Source: Diadema antillarum (Eukaryota). From it: a stretch of DNA of 64,000 bases. Shown in pieces: positions 1-26,500 of the stretch; positions within the stretch are counted from its first letter, which is position 1, and every line of letters begins with the position of its first letter. The stretch lies in contig NW_027271832.1 of NCBI RefSeq assembly GCF_040938485.1, forward strand, positions 62,001 to 126,000. Direction: 5' to 3'. The translations under genes and the position numbers were made by a program. A model generated the notes under the pieces. That model searched no databases. It was not told the origin of the DNA and worked only from the letters and a program-made list of their open reading frames with translations.

Positions 1-2138
1 TTCACATAGTCCCAAGTCTGTGTTTTCAAGTCACTTAGGAGCAATGAGCCATTTCAAATGCTTTTGTTATAATATTACGATCACCAATCTCATGCCACTA
101 TTTAGCAAGCGAGGACATCCAGTGACTATGGGTCCACCAGCAGCATATGAGTAGTGGTCCTCATATGCAGGCATTTACAAACATACACACATGCGCGCGC
201 AACTATGGATCTAGCTTTAGGAAGACATCGCATGCTCATATCTTTTAAAGATATTATGAGCATGCGATGTCTTCCTAATATCAAGGAGACACATGACCTT
301 GGGACGACAATTTGTGTTGCCTTAATGTTTTCAACTATCAGCATGCTTTACTGGCGGCATCGCTTACCTACACAATGTCCCCTTATGCAGAGTTATATAT
401 ATTTATTTACATAAACATATAAATAAATATATGAAAGAAAAATCTAAGTTTTTCTCCTTGCCATCAAAAGTGGATTTAGCACCTTTTAGAAAAAAAAACA
501 ACTCTTCATATACAGTGTGTATATTAAGTACAAAACAGCATATACTCACTCTAAGGACACACAGTGATCTTGCAGGAGTATTGATAATATTTAATCAACA
601 AGAACTGTAAATCAACAATAAAACAGACGCTTCTATGGCCAAGGACACAATACTCTTGGCCGTAGTACCATGAGATTACGAAAAGATAGTCCCTTTACCA
701 TTGACATGTTGGAATACAGCTCAGCGAAAATTTGGCTACATCACGAAAAATACAGTATAACAAAAACCAATCGCTTTACATTGAGCTGCCCAATTCTGTC
801 AAATCACTTTTACAGAGATTACCACTCCAACAAGAAAGTTTCATACTCCACTGATGCATAACAAAATAGCAGCAGAAAAGTTAACATTGGTACAAAATCA
901 AACAGGTATTGAGAACATCACAGACCCAATAGAATACTATGCAAGAAATCCAACATGGTATCCAGTTAATCCCTAAAAAGACCCTTCTAGGTCAAATGAC
1001 TGTCATATTGTCTATGTAATATTCCAACTTTGGTCGAGTACACAAATACCCCTCTAATTTTTCATTTATTCATTTTTCTTTTTAACAGGAAATGCACTGA
1101 ATAAGATAATGGAAGGTGATTCCTTCATGGGGAAAACACAAATGGAAGTAAAGTTGTGTTCCATTTCACTAGGTTACATGAATGGATTAACTGGTTGTGA
1201 CATCATTGTTCCATTAGGGACTTTTGGGAGGTCCATGTATTACGTCATGAATTACCAAAGCGACATAAATACTATACTATAGTTTTTATGTCGCTTTGGT
1301 AATTCATGACATATTACATAGGTTCTGCCTTGGTACCTATCAAATTTTGTCCAAATTTTGGTTCAGCTGCAGCATTGAGTCATCAATTTCATTCAAAACA
1401 CCTGCCTTCGAGGTAATCTCTCCTCCATAATATAACAAAACGGGCAAAACTTTCTGGGTTCATCGACATCCCACCAAAGTAGCTTTCTCAAGAGAGTATT
1501 CTAGAGTCCATATTCTTTGATTTGCTTTTGCTTCATTATTTTGCAAATTGGGCAGTAAGGAATGTCAGTAATCATATAAAACATGTAAGAAGCAACTCAT
1601 CCTAAAAGTCACTCAGTGAAGCGGCAAGTGTACTTGTAAATTATACATTTGCTGTTTGTCTTTACACTGTCGGCGTATAAACGGATAATATCATTGACTG
1701 TATGTCCTCATTGTATTGTCCATTTCCTTCCACTTTGATTGGGAGATTGCAATGAGGCTATCAATTTAATGTGAAATCCTGATAAAAATATGAATGAAAA
1801 AATACTGCTACAGCATGTCTTCACATTTTTATTATCACATACCATTCACAGTACCTATGCAACTATCATTTCAGAGCAAACTGTACCAAATGGTGACTAA
1901 AAACACAAAACAGCCATAACTTTTGTTTAGTGGAAACCCAAGGACAATACACACACTCGGAGCTTGTACTTGCTTGGATCAGAGTTCTGAACTCTGCCAC
2001 ATGAACTGATGTGGGGTAGTAATGTTGTGAACATCAATCAACCCTTTAAAAAGTGCACAGCGGCAGAAGTTGCTTATAGATTTGGAATCTGGGGTGAAGC
2101 AGGAAGGGCGTTAGAGGGGATGGCTGTGGTTTGGGTTC

Positions 2139-14458
<12,320 letters not shown>

Positions 14459-17400
14459 GATGGTGCAGACTGTTGGTTACAGTTAGCTGACGATTTACAC
14501 TGGCGAGTTGTACGCTGCACGCACGTGTGTTAGGCTCTGGCTAGCACGTCCGTCCTCGGCGGTGGCGCAGTGAGAAAGAGAGCGAGCAAGGAAGACCATC
14601 GGCATTTTCATGTTTTGTAATTTGCATAAGTCACGCCCACCGCAAGACGCTTCAACGATTCGGACAGTGCGCTGGTGTCTCAATAGTCTGGCTTCCAGAC
14701 CCTCTGCCCATACTCTTTCGCTATTCATGATATTGACGCCCTCAACGTCGAAAACTAGTATAGTTTAAGTTGATTTTGTCGGTTGCCTTCGGCAAAGGCG
14801 GCGACTTCGTCGCCGCGGAGTCCAGTTGGCAAAGGGTCTGGAAGCCAGACTAGTGTCTCAACGAACGCACGAAGCGCACAGACCCTCGATCGAGATGACG
14901 ATACAACTGAAATGCAAATTTCCATGATTTACTGGTATATACATGTATATGACTTTTGTGTAAGAAAGACATGTTTGAGAGGTAGTAGTTTTTTTTCTTT
15001 AATTTCATTTTCAAATGATCAGAATGATAAGAGAGACGCAATGATATAAACAATAGTCATGTTGATTAATCAAGATACATAAATGCTCGTTTGTATCAGT
15101 GCTCAAAATTATAGCGTCTCTAAGTTTCTAGTGCACTTTCATGATAATTAATTTCTCTTTTTTATATGAATTGAGAAACAAAAACAAAAGAACTAAACTG
15201 GGACTTGGCGTGCAAGTCATTTGGGAACGTGTGAGGCTATGATCTATTTAATTCATTTTATTTCCACTTGCAATAAATTCAATTCAATGTTTTATTGTCA
15301 TGTGTAAGCATAAACAACGATTTACAGTCTGATTTCCAAGCATAATAAATGAGAGCATTACTCATACACAGTGTGATTACAGAAAATAACGTAAATGCAC
15401 GCAGGAACACATTGGCATATTGAGATTAACATGACGTAACAATAAGTGTAGAGTTATTACACATGAACCTACATAACAATTTTGTGAACTCACAAACATC
15501 TGCAACATTTTTGTCAACTATTAGTATATAAATTGAGTGGCCGAACCATAGTTCTGACAAATTAATTAATGACTGAATTTTGAAGTAATGAAAAGAAATC
15601 AGCCCTGCAACCGTTGATATAGATATTATTTAAAGTGGAGTAAATTTCTCATCTTTTTGAATACCATGTTTTCTTACCAGGCCATTTCTCTAAGATTTAT
15701 GGTACCTGTATCGTACTATTTACATCTCTCCGAATTCTTTTTTTTTTTTAGTGTACAAGTTTCAGATAATTGACTTCTGTTTTGATAAAGTAAAATAAGT
15801 AGCAAAAGACATTAAAAGGTGACTATCGTATTGTTAAGTCACATCAACTGATGACTAAAACCATGCCATCCTTAGTTTCATCCGTGTTGCTCTTTCGATT
15901 TTTTTTTTTTTAACAAGAGAGTTGCCTCATGTGTGTATGCTTATTTGTTTGTTTGTGTTTACATGCCCCCTTTTAGGCAATTTGCCTTAATAATAGTTTA
16001 GTAATTACCCACGCCGGAAGAGACTGCATGTAACGAACTTTGCGTTCAGCGGCAGTCCCCTCCATTAGCAACGATCTTAATATTCATTCTGTATGATCAG
16101 AAAGCCACAGTATTCATTGTCAATTTACAGTATTTTTTTTTTACCGCATTGTACTGATTTCGGGTTACTATATGTAAATATTTTGCGTTGTTGGAAATGA
16201 AATGAAACTAACTGCTGCCATGGAACTTCAAATGCGATTTAAAAAAATACTACTGTGTTATACGGGCAACAACGTCAGTTTTGATTCCAAGAAAATGGCA
16301 AAGCTAATGCACATGCATGCTTAGGCCTACATCACTGATTCTCAAGTAAAAGCCTAATCGAAGAAAGATGGAAATGAAGGAAAAGAAGGACTGACTTGAA
16401 TCTAGGTAACTTAGATTCACATAACCTCTTGGTACATCTTAGTATTAGTATCATTATGCCATGTAGTGATGGCGTTCAATTATTTTCACATTAATAATCT
16501 ACCTTCCTGGCATATTTAAAACAAATACATTATTATCATACCTTTGTCACGGTATTCTCACATCATAGCCAACCAGTATTACTTTAGTTACTTTTTACTC
16601 ATTATCTATAGATTTGATGTATTTTTTATATGTCAAATATTTATCAAAAAATTGTAAATGCATTCTGCAATATGTGGAAATAATTAACTCCAATTTCTTT
16701 CACTATCCACTGCAAGTTGAATGGACAATATGGTGCAATAATTCAATATCGTGAACGGATTGTGTTTTGGTTAGTACATGGTGCTGTTTTGCAATGTCTG
16801 TGTACATCGTACTTTACGAAATAATTAATAACAGAGAGACTCTTATAAAGCCTCATTCTACCGCCGAAAAAGATACTCATGGCGCTGTAGAACAGAGTAC
16901 ATTTTGTATCACGTTACAACAGATATGTATCACGTTACAAGACGGGGCCCTTGGCCCCAGGGCCCCGTCTTGTAAGGATTTGTGATTGAGTCAAATCAAT
17001 CGCAACTTTACGATTGAATGCAAATCCATCTTATAAAAAAGTTATGATTGAAATTAAGACGGAGAACTGCAATCAATCAATCACAGGTTGCGATTGATTG
17101 CAGCTTTCAAGATTTGTGATTGATTGATTTGTGATTGATTGATTTCTATCACAAGTTTTATAAGGCAGGGCCCAGTAATATTAATGGAGTTCAGCTTCAT
17201 CGAGACGAGTGAGTGATGTAGAGACAGGTAGTTTTGTGATCAACGAATTGGGTACTGTGCGTGTGCGTTCCCTACACACATACTCCCCAGTCTGTGGGCA
17301 AACAGCGTACGCGATCAGCCCGTTCGTTTTCAACGCATCGCGAGAGCTAGAGCTGTGCGTGCGTGCACTGCATCAACTCGTACTCATCAGGTGCTGTGTA

Positions 17401-17598
17401 GGACTTGAAGAACATGCATATTGCGTTGAAGTCTCTACGGATCGTACATGTCACATGCATCGCGCATCAGCTAGGCGCTAGGCATCGTAGAGTTTCATAG
17501 GACAAGTTGATTACCGGGTTCCCGATCGGTAGATGTTGGAGGGATTTTCTTTTCTTTACCGAACTGTGGTAACAGCTGTTGTAGCTTAAGTTTACAAA
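14459..17598. promoter_or_regulatory. Divergent AHCY/ATP6V0D1 intergenic region (5' UTRs and promoters)
   Basis: Start codons are 3.1 kb apart, head-to-head. CpG-rich patches at about 14480-14900 and 17200-17530; CACGTG E-box at 14522-14527. Confidence 0.6.
16961..17172. mobile_element. PIF/Harbinger-like MITE in the intergenic promoter region
   Basis: CAG 3-bp TSD; TIR GGCCCCGTCTTGTAA / TTATAAGGCAGGGCC; interior rich in ATCAAT/ATTGAT repeats. Confidence 0.7.
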
Positions 17599-20500
17599 AT
17601 GAACGACGCGACTTTCAATATAGACGGTGGATATTTAGAAGGATTGGTCAGAGGCTTCAAGGGCGGCATTTTAAAGCAGACAGACTACGTAAACCTCGTC
17701 CAGTGCGAAATTTTAGAAGGTAAGTCTACACACATACACACACCAATGCAATGCCAATGGCAATGCAGCGTTGTGTCTGTCATTGACGGTGTTGTCATGT
17801 CTCGTGACTGGCTGGCTATGTACGATGTATAGCTAAATGTATGCCTATCGATATGGTATAGACCCTATAATTGCTGGACTTTTAGTTTTAATACATTCAC
17901 ATTCACTGTCCATAGTCTATCTATCTGTAATGGGAATAGGCCTAGAACCACTGCAAAATACCCTTCTATGAAACTGATGTCGATGATACAGTGTTAGTAG
18001 GCCTACCGCATACTGTTACTGCGACCAGCCTCATTGTTCATACGCATACGCTATATGCGTATGGGGCTGCTGGTCGCAGTTACGCATCCATATAGGCCTA
18101 CTACCAGTTGTAGAATCTAGACCGGGGGGGTTAGAGTGGGATTGCTCTAAAGTCCTAAAGACCAACCTTGGGTGGTATTCTGAAAATCTTCCTAAGTTTC
18201 TTCCTAAGTTCCTTCCTAAGTCAGAAACTTAGGAAGTGCCTAGGAAAGACAGAATTGGTATTCTGAAATTTCTTCCTAGGCACTTCTTAGGCCAAGTAAA
18301 AAAAGAAAGTAGTTTCTCGTCCGGGTTTTTTGAGCAAGGCGATGAGGGAGGTCCTTACTATTTGATATCTTACTATTTTTTCAAGGATCGTCAAAATGAA
18401 AGTAATATGTGTTTCTCGTCCGGTAATTCTGAGAAAGGTAACGAGAGAGGGCTTTACAATTTCCTATATTCAATTTATGAAATGAAACATCACTCTGGTA
18501 GCTGTGTTATGAGACCAGGTCCCAAGTGTACGTCTTGCCTGCACTCTGTGCATTTTCAAACAAATAGATATATGTGCCATACTTGAAATGAAACTTCATG
18601 CATGCAGAAATACATTTGCTTTTTCTTTCCACTACAGATGTCAAGGGAAAATGACCATCTTAATACTGGTATTTAGTGTTGTAATGGCTTTTCTGATACC
18701 AGTGTACTTGCGATTCTGATGTATTGTGCTATTAATTGAAACAGGTATAAAATATGTCTTTCAACAAATGTACGACTGAAATAAATTCCATGATATTCAA
18801 AACACTAGCTTTATTTATTGGTGTTTGTGACTTTTTGTGTCCACACAGCTGGTATGTATATCTGCAGTTCTTCACAGTACAATTGTAGCACATTCAACTG
18901 GAAACTGGCTTGTACAATTGCAGATGGATGTCAAAATGATACTGATATGGCATTCTAGCATTAAACGTTTAAAGATGTTTCTTCATGTTCTAAAAAGACA
19001 TTTGATAATCACTCATTATTTGGATGATGAATGATTGTATAACAGTACACACTACAGATGATACCACTCACGGCTGTGTCCGTGAATTTACATCGTGAAG
19101 AAAAGTATCCCGCAGAAATACGAGACAAACCAGAATCCGTGGAAAAGTTATTTATTTTGTAGATACACCCATTTAATAATTCTACATTTGCTGGAAAAGC
19201 GCATTCATTTTCTCTGCAAAATAGAATGTATCGCCGTGACAGACCAGGGGATGGGGACCCTGGACAGCTACAAAACACGCACACTTTGCCGATATACGGT
19301 GCGGCACGGCCACTGCACTGGCACCAGGGCCGGGAGGTGTGGACCTCCCTGCTGGCACCGTACCTTCCGACACTGCACACACATGCACATAGTCACAATG
19401 ACATGAAAATGTATACAAACTCGATACCGTACAATCCTCACAAGCATTTGTACAGTACAATTCATCCGCTTAAAATATCAGAAACGGGGAAAAATACGAA
19501 CAACGCGCGAAATATGCGTGGAATAACAGCGATTGTTCGCAAAAATGTTGCCGCTATCGCGTTCACGACGTACCGAGTGCGCTGTACATCACAGCCCAGT
19601 ACAGTAGGCCGGCCCGCCGCGCCGCCCATCCAACTACTGAGTACTACAGTGCAGTTCGACTGCTTTGTGGGTCATTCCTTCTTGCCGATCGGCCGAGCTC
19701 GCAGTGTGAAATGCATGCGTTATTACATACGCACTACACACAGAAGCTACAGCTGTACTACAGTCTACAGCTATTAAAGTAGAGGACGCAAGGCGTAAAA
19801 ATTAGAAATGAGACGTCACGATTGGTAGGTGAATTGTCGATCTTTTTTTTTTCGGCGGCCGAAAAAATAGTAAATATCAAAAAAGTCGATGCGGCAACTG
19901 AAAATCGATGCGGGCGGGGAGCGGGCTGGGACGAGAATTATGAATTTCTTGGTATTTTCAGCGCCATTTTGAAAATAGTAAATAGTAAAAAAATCGATGC
20001 GGCGGCCAAAATCGATGCGCGCGAGGACGAGAAACTGGTTTCTTTTTTTACTTGGCCTTAATGCAAATTAGGCCATCCTTATTCCCGCCCACGTCCTTTC
20101 CTAAGCCAATACGAAATGCCGTATCATAAGGTACTAACCGATGTCTGCCAATGACAATCGCATATTACTATGACGTAGGGTCAAATATACGAGTGCGCGG
20201 CATGTCCCCTTTCTCACGCTCATTTCGCGCATCAAAGTACATGTGCGCGCAATGACTGACAAGCGCGCCTATCACGATGCTTGCAGTTTGCTATTCTTAA
20301 CAACGTACTTAGGACAGGGGTGGAGCTTTCCTAAATATTTTCCTAAAATTCTTTCCTAAGTGCATTCTAGAATACCAACTTCTTCCTAAGTCAGAAATTT
20401 GCATATTCCCTCCCCCTTCCTAAGTTTCTTCCTAAGTCTACTTAGGAAGAAACTTAGGAAGATTTTCAGAATACCACTTAGGAAAAAATCCTGACTTAGG

Positions 20501-23500
20501 AAGAAATTTCTTCCTAGGAAGGATTTCAGAATACCACCCCACTTGTTTTTGTAGAGAACTGTCCAACACATCAACATTGTACATTTGTTGTTGTTATCAT
20601 TTTTGGTGTACATGTACATTGCAACTGTCATCCTCTATTTGCTACATTGCGTGTTTAAGAATGAACTTTTCACGCATGAGACTAGCCTGACCAGACCGCT
20701 GTGCACAGCACAGCAGTCTGACATGTACTAGTGTTTAAACGTACGTAAACGACTGTCCCTTTTGACGGCAAGACCACAAAAATGTCTTTTATTTTGTTTG
20801 ATTTTAACAGTTATACCACCCACCTATATCGTATGTTGCTGATGGTTGAGTTGAATTTGGTGTTTTGTTGGTATCCAAACCTTATTGTTGAATTTTTCGG
20901 AGTAGATTTTGCGATGATTCACAAAATAAACGAACAGCCACGAACGCTCAACCCGAGGTACCGTGTTAGCATTTTACGTACGCCCGTGCGTTTCGTGTGT
21001 TACGTAAAGCTTGTCGTCTTCTACCATGTATTTCCGCGCGTGCTGCTCTCATGATATGACGTCACTCCGACTACATCCGACTACCTACGTTGTAGCATAG
21101 GAGAGTGATTGCCATTCAATAACACGCAGAAGATGAGGAGTGAAGCAATACGGACGCTCACAGACCTGATTTTAAGGACGGATTTCGGTAGGTTTTTGAC
21201 GTAATTAAAAAAAAATGCGCATACCGATTATTGGATGATTATCATAGATTACGGGGATTCCTTATATTTTAGTTTTCCACGATTAAAAAAGATATTCATG
21301 AAGGAGTCGCACAACCACCACTGAAAAATGACAGCGTCTGCGAAGGAGTAGACGTGCAGCTGCTGTCGCTTCGCGACAGCGCCTGCGTGTAGTTAGCATG
21401 AGACTAGACGTCTACATGCAGTGGTTTTGCATTCTTCACTGCCTGGCTGGGCTGGGGATTTGATGATGTCCAATAGTGAAAGATACTGAAAAACCCGATA
21501 TTGAACAAGATCAGCAGCAAAACGATGATACATAGATTATAAATGCACATTAGAGTTACAGCATTGATCCTACTCCCAGATACTGTATGCTTGCAAGTTG
21601 TAAATCTGTCTTGAGTCAGCAATGATGTGAATAGATAATTTTTTTTTAATAGATGATTGTTCAAACAATGTTGAAGAAAAATGTGCAGTAAATTTTGTGT
21701 AAAAAATCAAGGCATATCATGATATGGCATGCCTTTAGACCTGTTCTTCTAGTGAGTTCTAGAGTCTAGACTTGTAGAAGTAGAACGAGTGAAATCTAGA
21801 ACTGGATATGATGATGATGTGACCACAGCTCAGTGGCTGCTCTGATTGAGAAGTCTGTTCCATGATAGGCCACTGAGTTTCTTCTTCTTCTTCTTCTGAT
21901 TAAGTCTGCCTCCTTCAATAGACTGAAGATTCTTGCAGATTGAGTTTGATGTTGACCTGGCATTTAAAAGCATGCACTGTCAATGTACAAGTTTATGTTT
22001 ATAATAATTCCCTTATCTTCCTGCAATCTAATTATCTTTAGATTTATAGATGCATTGCTTTTTTGCATGCATTCCAATTGCACATTACAATTGCTTTGCA
22101 AGAGCGCACCCTTCCATTGACCCTCATGTCCATTGTTAAAAGTAATCCCAGGGTATTATTAATGCACTGAAGTCACGAGTTAAAATGTCATGTACTGTCT
22201 GTATGTGTGTGTGTCATTGTGTGTGCCCTCTTGTTCTCAGGTAACTCAACACCAAGTAGAAACTGCATCAATATGATGTACATGGAGAACAGTATACATT
22301 GTAATCTGATGGGCATACATGCTAACAGTAATCAGTCATAAGTACACTACAGGGTACAGTTGTACACAAATTGTACACATATTTACATTACAAACAATAC
22401 ATTTTTCTCTCTCAGGTAAAGTGGCAAAGCTGTACAAGTATAATGTGGGCAGCAAAAACAGTTTTGTGAGTGTAATGAGTAAGGCATGGGATATGACTTG
22501 AGTTGAGATTCACAGGAAATGTTGCTTATCATATCAGTCACTTCCAATTTCTATGCTTGCTGTTGTGTGCAGTGTGTGCCAACAGGTGAGGCAAGCAAGT
22601 ACAATACCATCAGACTGTTCATCTCCATGGAGAGTCATACAGGAAGTTGACAAGGAACTTGTTGGTAGTTTTGTTTTGAGTTTGGCAGCCACAGGTTTAG
22701 TTATGAATGAGATGTAGACATTGTACATTTTAAAAGTACAGCTGTACAGCACTGTACAACTGTACATGTGAGCAGGAATGGGAATAGTACAAATGATGTA
22801 CATTTTATGTACTTAATCATCCAAGGTACATGTATAACAAGTTATAACCGTATCTGGTGTATCATTCATAAGTTACCTTTGTAACTTTTGTATAATGTAC
22901 AGGCGTGTACATTGTAAGTAATGAGTTTTTGACACTGTACACCTGTATATCCATTAATAGTTCATTTTGAACTTGCTTAGTCTCTCTATCACTTATATTT
23001 ATAACAGTGCAACTATGGTTATGTTTTTATCTTTTACTGTAGTATCCCATATTTTTTTTTCCAACCTTTGTTACATTACATTACTTAGTCCTTTTAAACA
23101 ATTTTTTTTTTTAGTGTTATCAGTGCATCAATTCGACCAATGAACTAAACAAAATTAAAGTTCATTTACTACCACATAAAGAATTCATGTTTGTATGCTA
23201 TTGACTCGAATATGAACATCTTAAATGTAGTATAAGAAAGAAAGTAATTTGCCCGGACTGGTACATTGTAGGTACACATATCCATGTACAACTTGTTGAA
23301 GTGACCACATTTGCATTTGGATTACCAAGGAAGCATTTGAAATGCTCATAAAATGAGTTATTGTAGCTACCACTTGTACTCTCTTCCAAAGAATAGGCAG
23401 TGAGAATAAAGTGTCTTTGGAGCAAAACTGCTGCCAGAGAACTTGAACATGGTACCTTATGCAGGGCTCGACACTAATGGTGGCCTGGTGGCCCGGGGCC

Positions 23501-26500
23501 ACCAAAAATGAAAGTCGGGCCACCAAATTTTTAAAAAGGGCAAATTTGGTGGCCCGCCTCGGGCCACCAACATTTTTTGAAAAGTATGTCAATAAATTCG
23601 TAACTTTTTGCGCCGGAAATTAGCAGTTAAATTTGTTTAAAGGATGGATCAAAAGGACTGAATGAGTGCCTGAGAGTGAGTGTTGCAAGTTTGTTGAAGT
23701 TTATTTATGAGTAGATATGTCCAACTTCTAATTCTTACTATCATAAAACTTAAATATTTGACTCATTAAAACAAAGGACTTTTCGTGTTTTTTATTGTTT
23801 TTTCGGGACACCAAATTTTTCTCTCGGGCCACCAAATTTTTCTCTCGGGCCACCAAAAATTTGAAATTTAGGATTTTGGTGGCCCCGGGCCACCAAACAA
23901 AAAAGTTAGTGTCAAGCCATGCCTTATGATTGATAGTTGGTGTTGTTACGCATTTGGTATGAATTTATGAAGCTAAACAAATGTTGGACAGTGCTAGTAT
24001 CAAAGCACAATGGAGATTATTTTCATTATGTTACGAAAATGACTTCTTTTCTAATGTTGTGATCTTTCTCCAGATTTGAAGCTTCACCTACAAAGCACAG
24101 ACTATGGCAACTTCCTGCAGAACGAGCCATCACCTCTCACTGTCTCTGTCATCGACGACAAGCTCAAGGAAAAACTTGTGACAGAATTCCAGCATCTCAG
24201 AAACCATGCAGTGGATCCCATGTCCAAATTCATGGACTTTGTCACGTAAGCTACGTGTACAATTGTAGATGCTTTCCTTCTGTTGGAAATCATGTACATT
24301 GCAGGAGCATAGTCACTTACATTAGAAAACAAAATATTTTTTTTTTTTTTTTTTCCCTTCCACAGGGTGTTTTATTCATACACATATTCAGAAAGTCACA
24401 TTTACAAATAATTTTTTAAATACAAAACATCGACAAAGAGTGGCCTACTGCACTTGTACATATAACATATAACTTATATCATTTTTTTTATTTTATTGGC
24501 AGAAATAACCCTGAAAACACTATGAATATCATGCAATTTTAATATTCAAAAGCACTTAATAAATAAAGCCCATTTCTTCACAAAAGTTTTTTCTCTACTA
24601 TTCATTTGACTTATACATTTTTCCATCTCAAAATAACATTTTATCTCAGATATTATATGTTCGAATGACGGAACGGTCTTTTTTAATTTCGCTGAAAAAA
24701 TTTCTCTTCTTATAACAATCATCATACAGTTTAATGCACTGTTGTTGAGACCATATAATCCGAATAACTTGTGTTGGTTTGTAAATACAATTTGTTTATC
24801 TATCTTCAAAAGTAACCATCGCTCAAACTTATTCCATATATTATTTGAATAAGGACATGAACAGAATATATGCATTATGGTTTCCTCACTGTCATTACAA
24901 AACGTACACTTTTTATCTGTTACAAAACCAAATTTTAAAAGAGCATCTTTCATATATAATATTCTATTGAGAATCTTAAATTGAAACCACCTCATATTAA
25001 TATCAATAGTTGATTCAAAAGGAATTAAACAGTATAAAGACCATGTTTCATCATCAAGATCCAACATGCTACTCCACTTAACAAAACTGTTACAATGTTT
25101 TGACGTGTGTCTTAACAACGTTTGATAAATATCAGAACAACCTTTCTTATGTTTCAGTATTACATTTAAACCATGAGGAATAAAAGGGTCTGCTATTTTC
25201 GACATGCGGTTTTTTGCAAATGATTGGATAGAATTACACAGTCCACCGTGCTGAAGAAAGTTAGTTTGTATATCAAACTTCCTCTGAAATTCAAAATATG
25301 AAAGAAATTTTCCATCATTATCTAACAAATCATTTATAAAACGTACACCTTTTTCACACCAAGACTTAAAATATACAGTGTTATTATTCATTTTAATCAA
25401 AGGATTATTCCAAAGAGGCTGGCTTGCCCAATTATCATTTGTATTGATTTGTAGAAATTCTGAAAAAGCCAGAAGTACCTCTTTCCAAAAATCATTAGAC
25501 ATTACATTGGCAAGTTTTTTGTAGTACAGTGACCCCATAAATAAATGAAACGATACTGGTTGGGGCAAGAAAGAACGGAACATGTGGAACGTATAATTTT
25601 CAGTCTGCGGATCACAAATAAACCTTCTGATCCAGGATATTTTAAGAGATTTAGCATGCATAAAAATATCAATCATTTTAGTACCACCATGACAATATAG
25701 CTGGCACATTTGATTTCTATTTATTTTATCAGGTTTATTTTCCCATATAAACGAATAAAAACAACGATTTATATCTGTCAATGTTTTAAAATTTGGTTCA
25801 GGAAGTGATAACAACAAATAATTTAATTTTGACATCAATAATGATTTAACTACAGTAATTCTTCCTAAAACAGTAAGTGATCGTTTAGACCAGGAGGTCA
25901 TTGTGTTTGTAATATCTTTCATTTTTTCACAATAATTTTGTTCAACCATTTCATATAATTTAACTGAAAATTCTATTCCCAGGTACCTAAAGTACCTACC
26001 CTGAAAAATCCAGTCAAAATTACAATCTTCCAATAATTTAATTCTACAATTCCGATTCTTTCCTATCCATATTATTTTAGTCTTTCTGGGGTTAATTCTT
26101 AAATTCGATATGTTAGCAAAAGTATCAAAAATCTCAAAAGCATCTTTTAGATCTTGATCTGATCCGTTAAGTGTTAAAAGTGTATCATCTGCGTATTGTA
26201 ATACTTTAAAATTTTTTTCATTAATTTGCAACCCAACCACAGAATTTGTGTGCCTAATCATAATTCCAAGAATTTCACTGACCAACAGAAAAAGGTAGGG
26301 TGACAAGGGATCTCCTTGTCGACAGCCCTGTTCTATTTTGAATCTATCTGTAAAATAACCGTTCACTAAAACACTGGAAGTAGCATTGTTGTAAAACAAC
26401 TGAACCCATTTTTTCATAGATTGGCCAAAGTTAAAAAAATCTAAAACTTTAAAAAGAAACTTATGAGACACAGAATCAAAAGCCTTTTCGAAGTCAATTA

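Noticed and set aside
14495-14728. Upstream minus ORF as an AHCYL/IRBIT-like N-terminal extension of AHCY
   Set aside because: It ends in TAA 37 nt before the real ATG, is out of frame with it, and lacks the Ser-rich IRBIT motif.
19009-19777. Cluster of overlapping ORFs up to 183 aa
   Set aside because: Lies inside a non-autonomous DNA element, with no domain motifs or coding-like composition.
21808-21876. C/D-box snoRNA-like arrangement (ATGATGA...CTGA...ATGATA...CTGA) in ATP6V0D1 intron 1
   Set aside because: Box C overlaps an (ATG)n run, there is no convincing terminal stem and I recognise no rRNA/snRNA guide. An Infernal/snoscan search would be needed.
21740-23450. Exon-like segments with splice signals suggesting a nested gene
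   Set aside because: All frames contain stops and no recognisable domain. More likely decayed transposon sequence.
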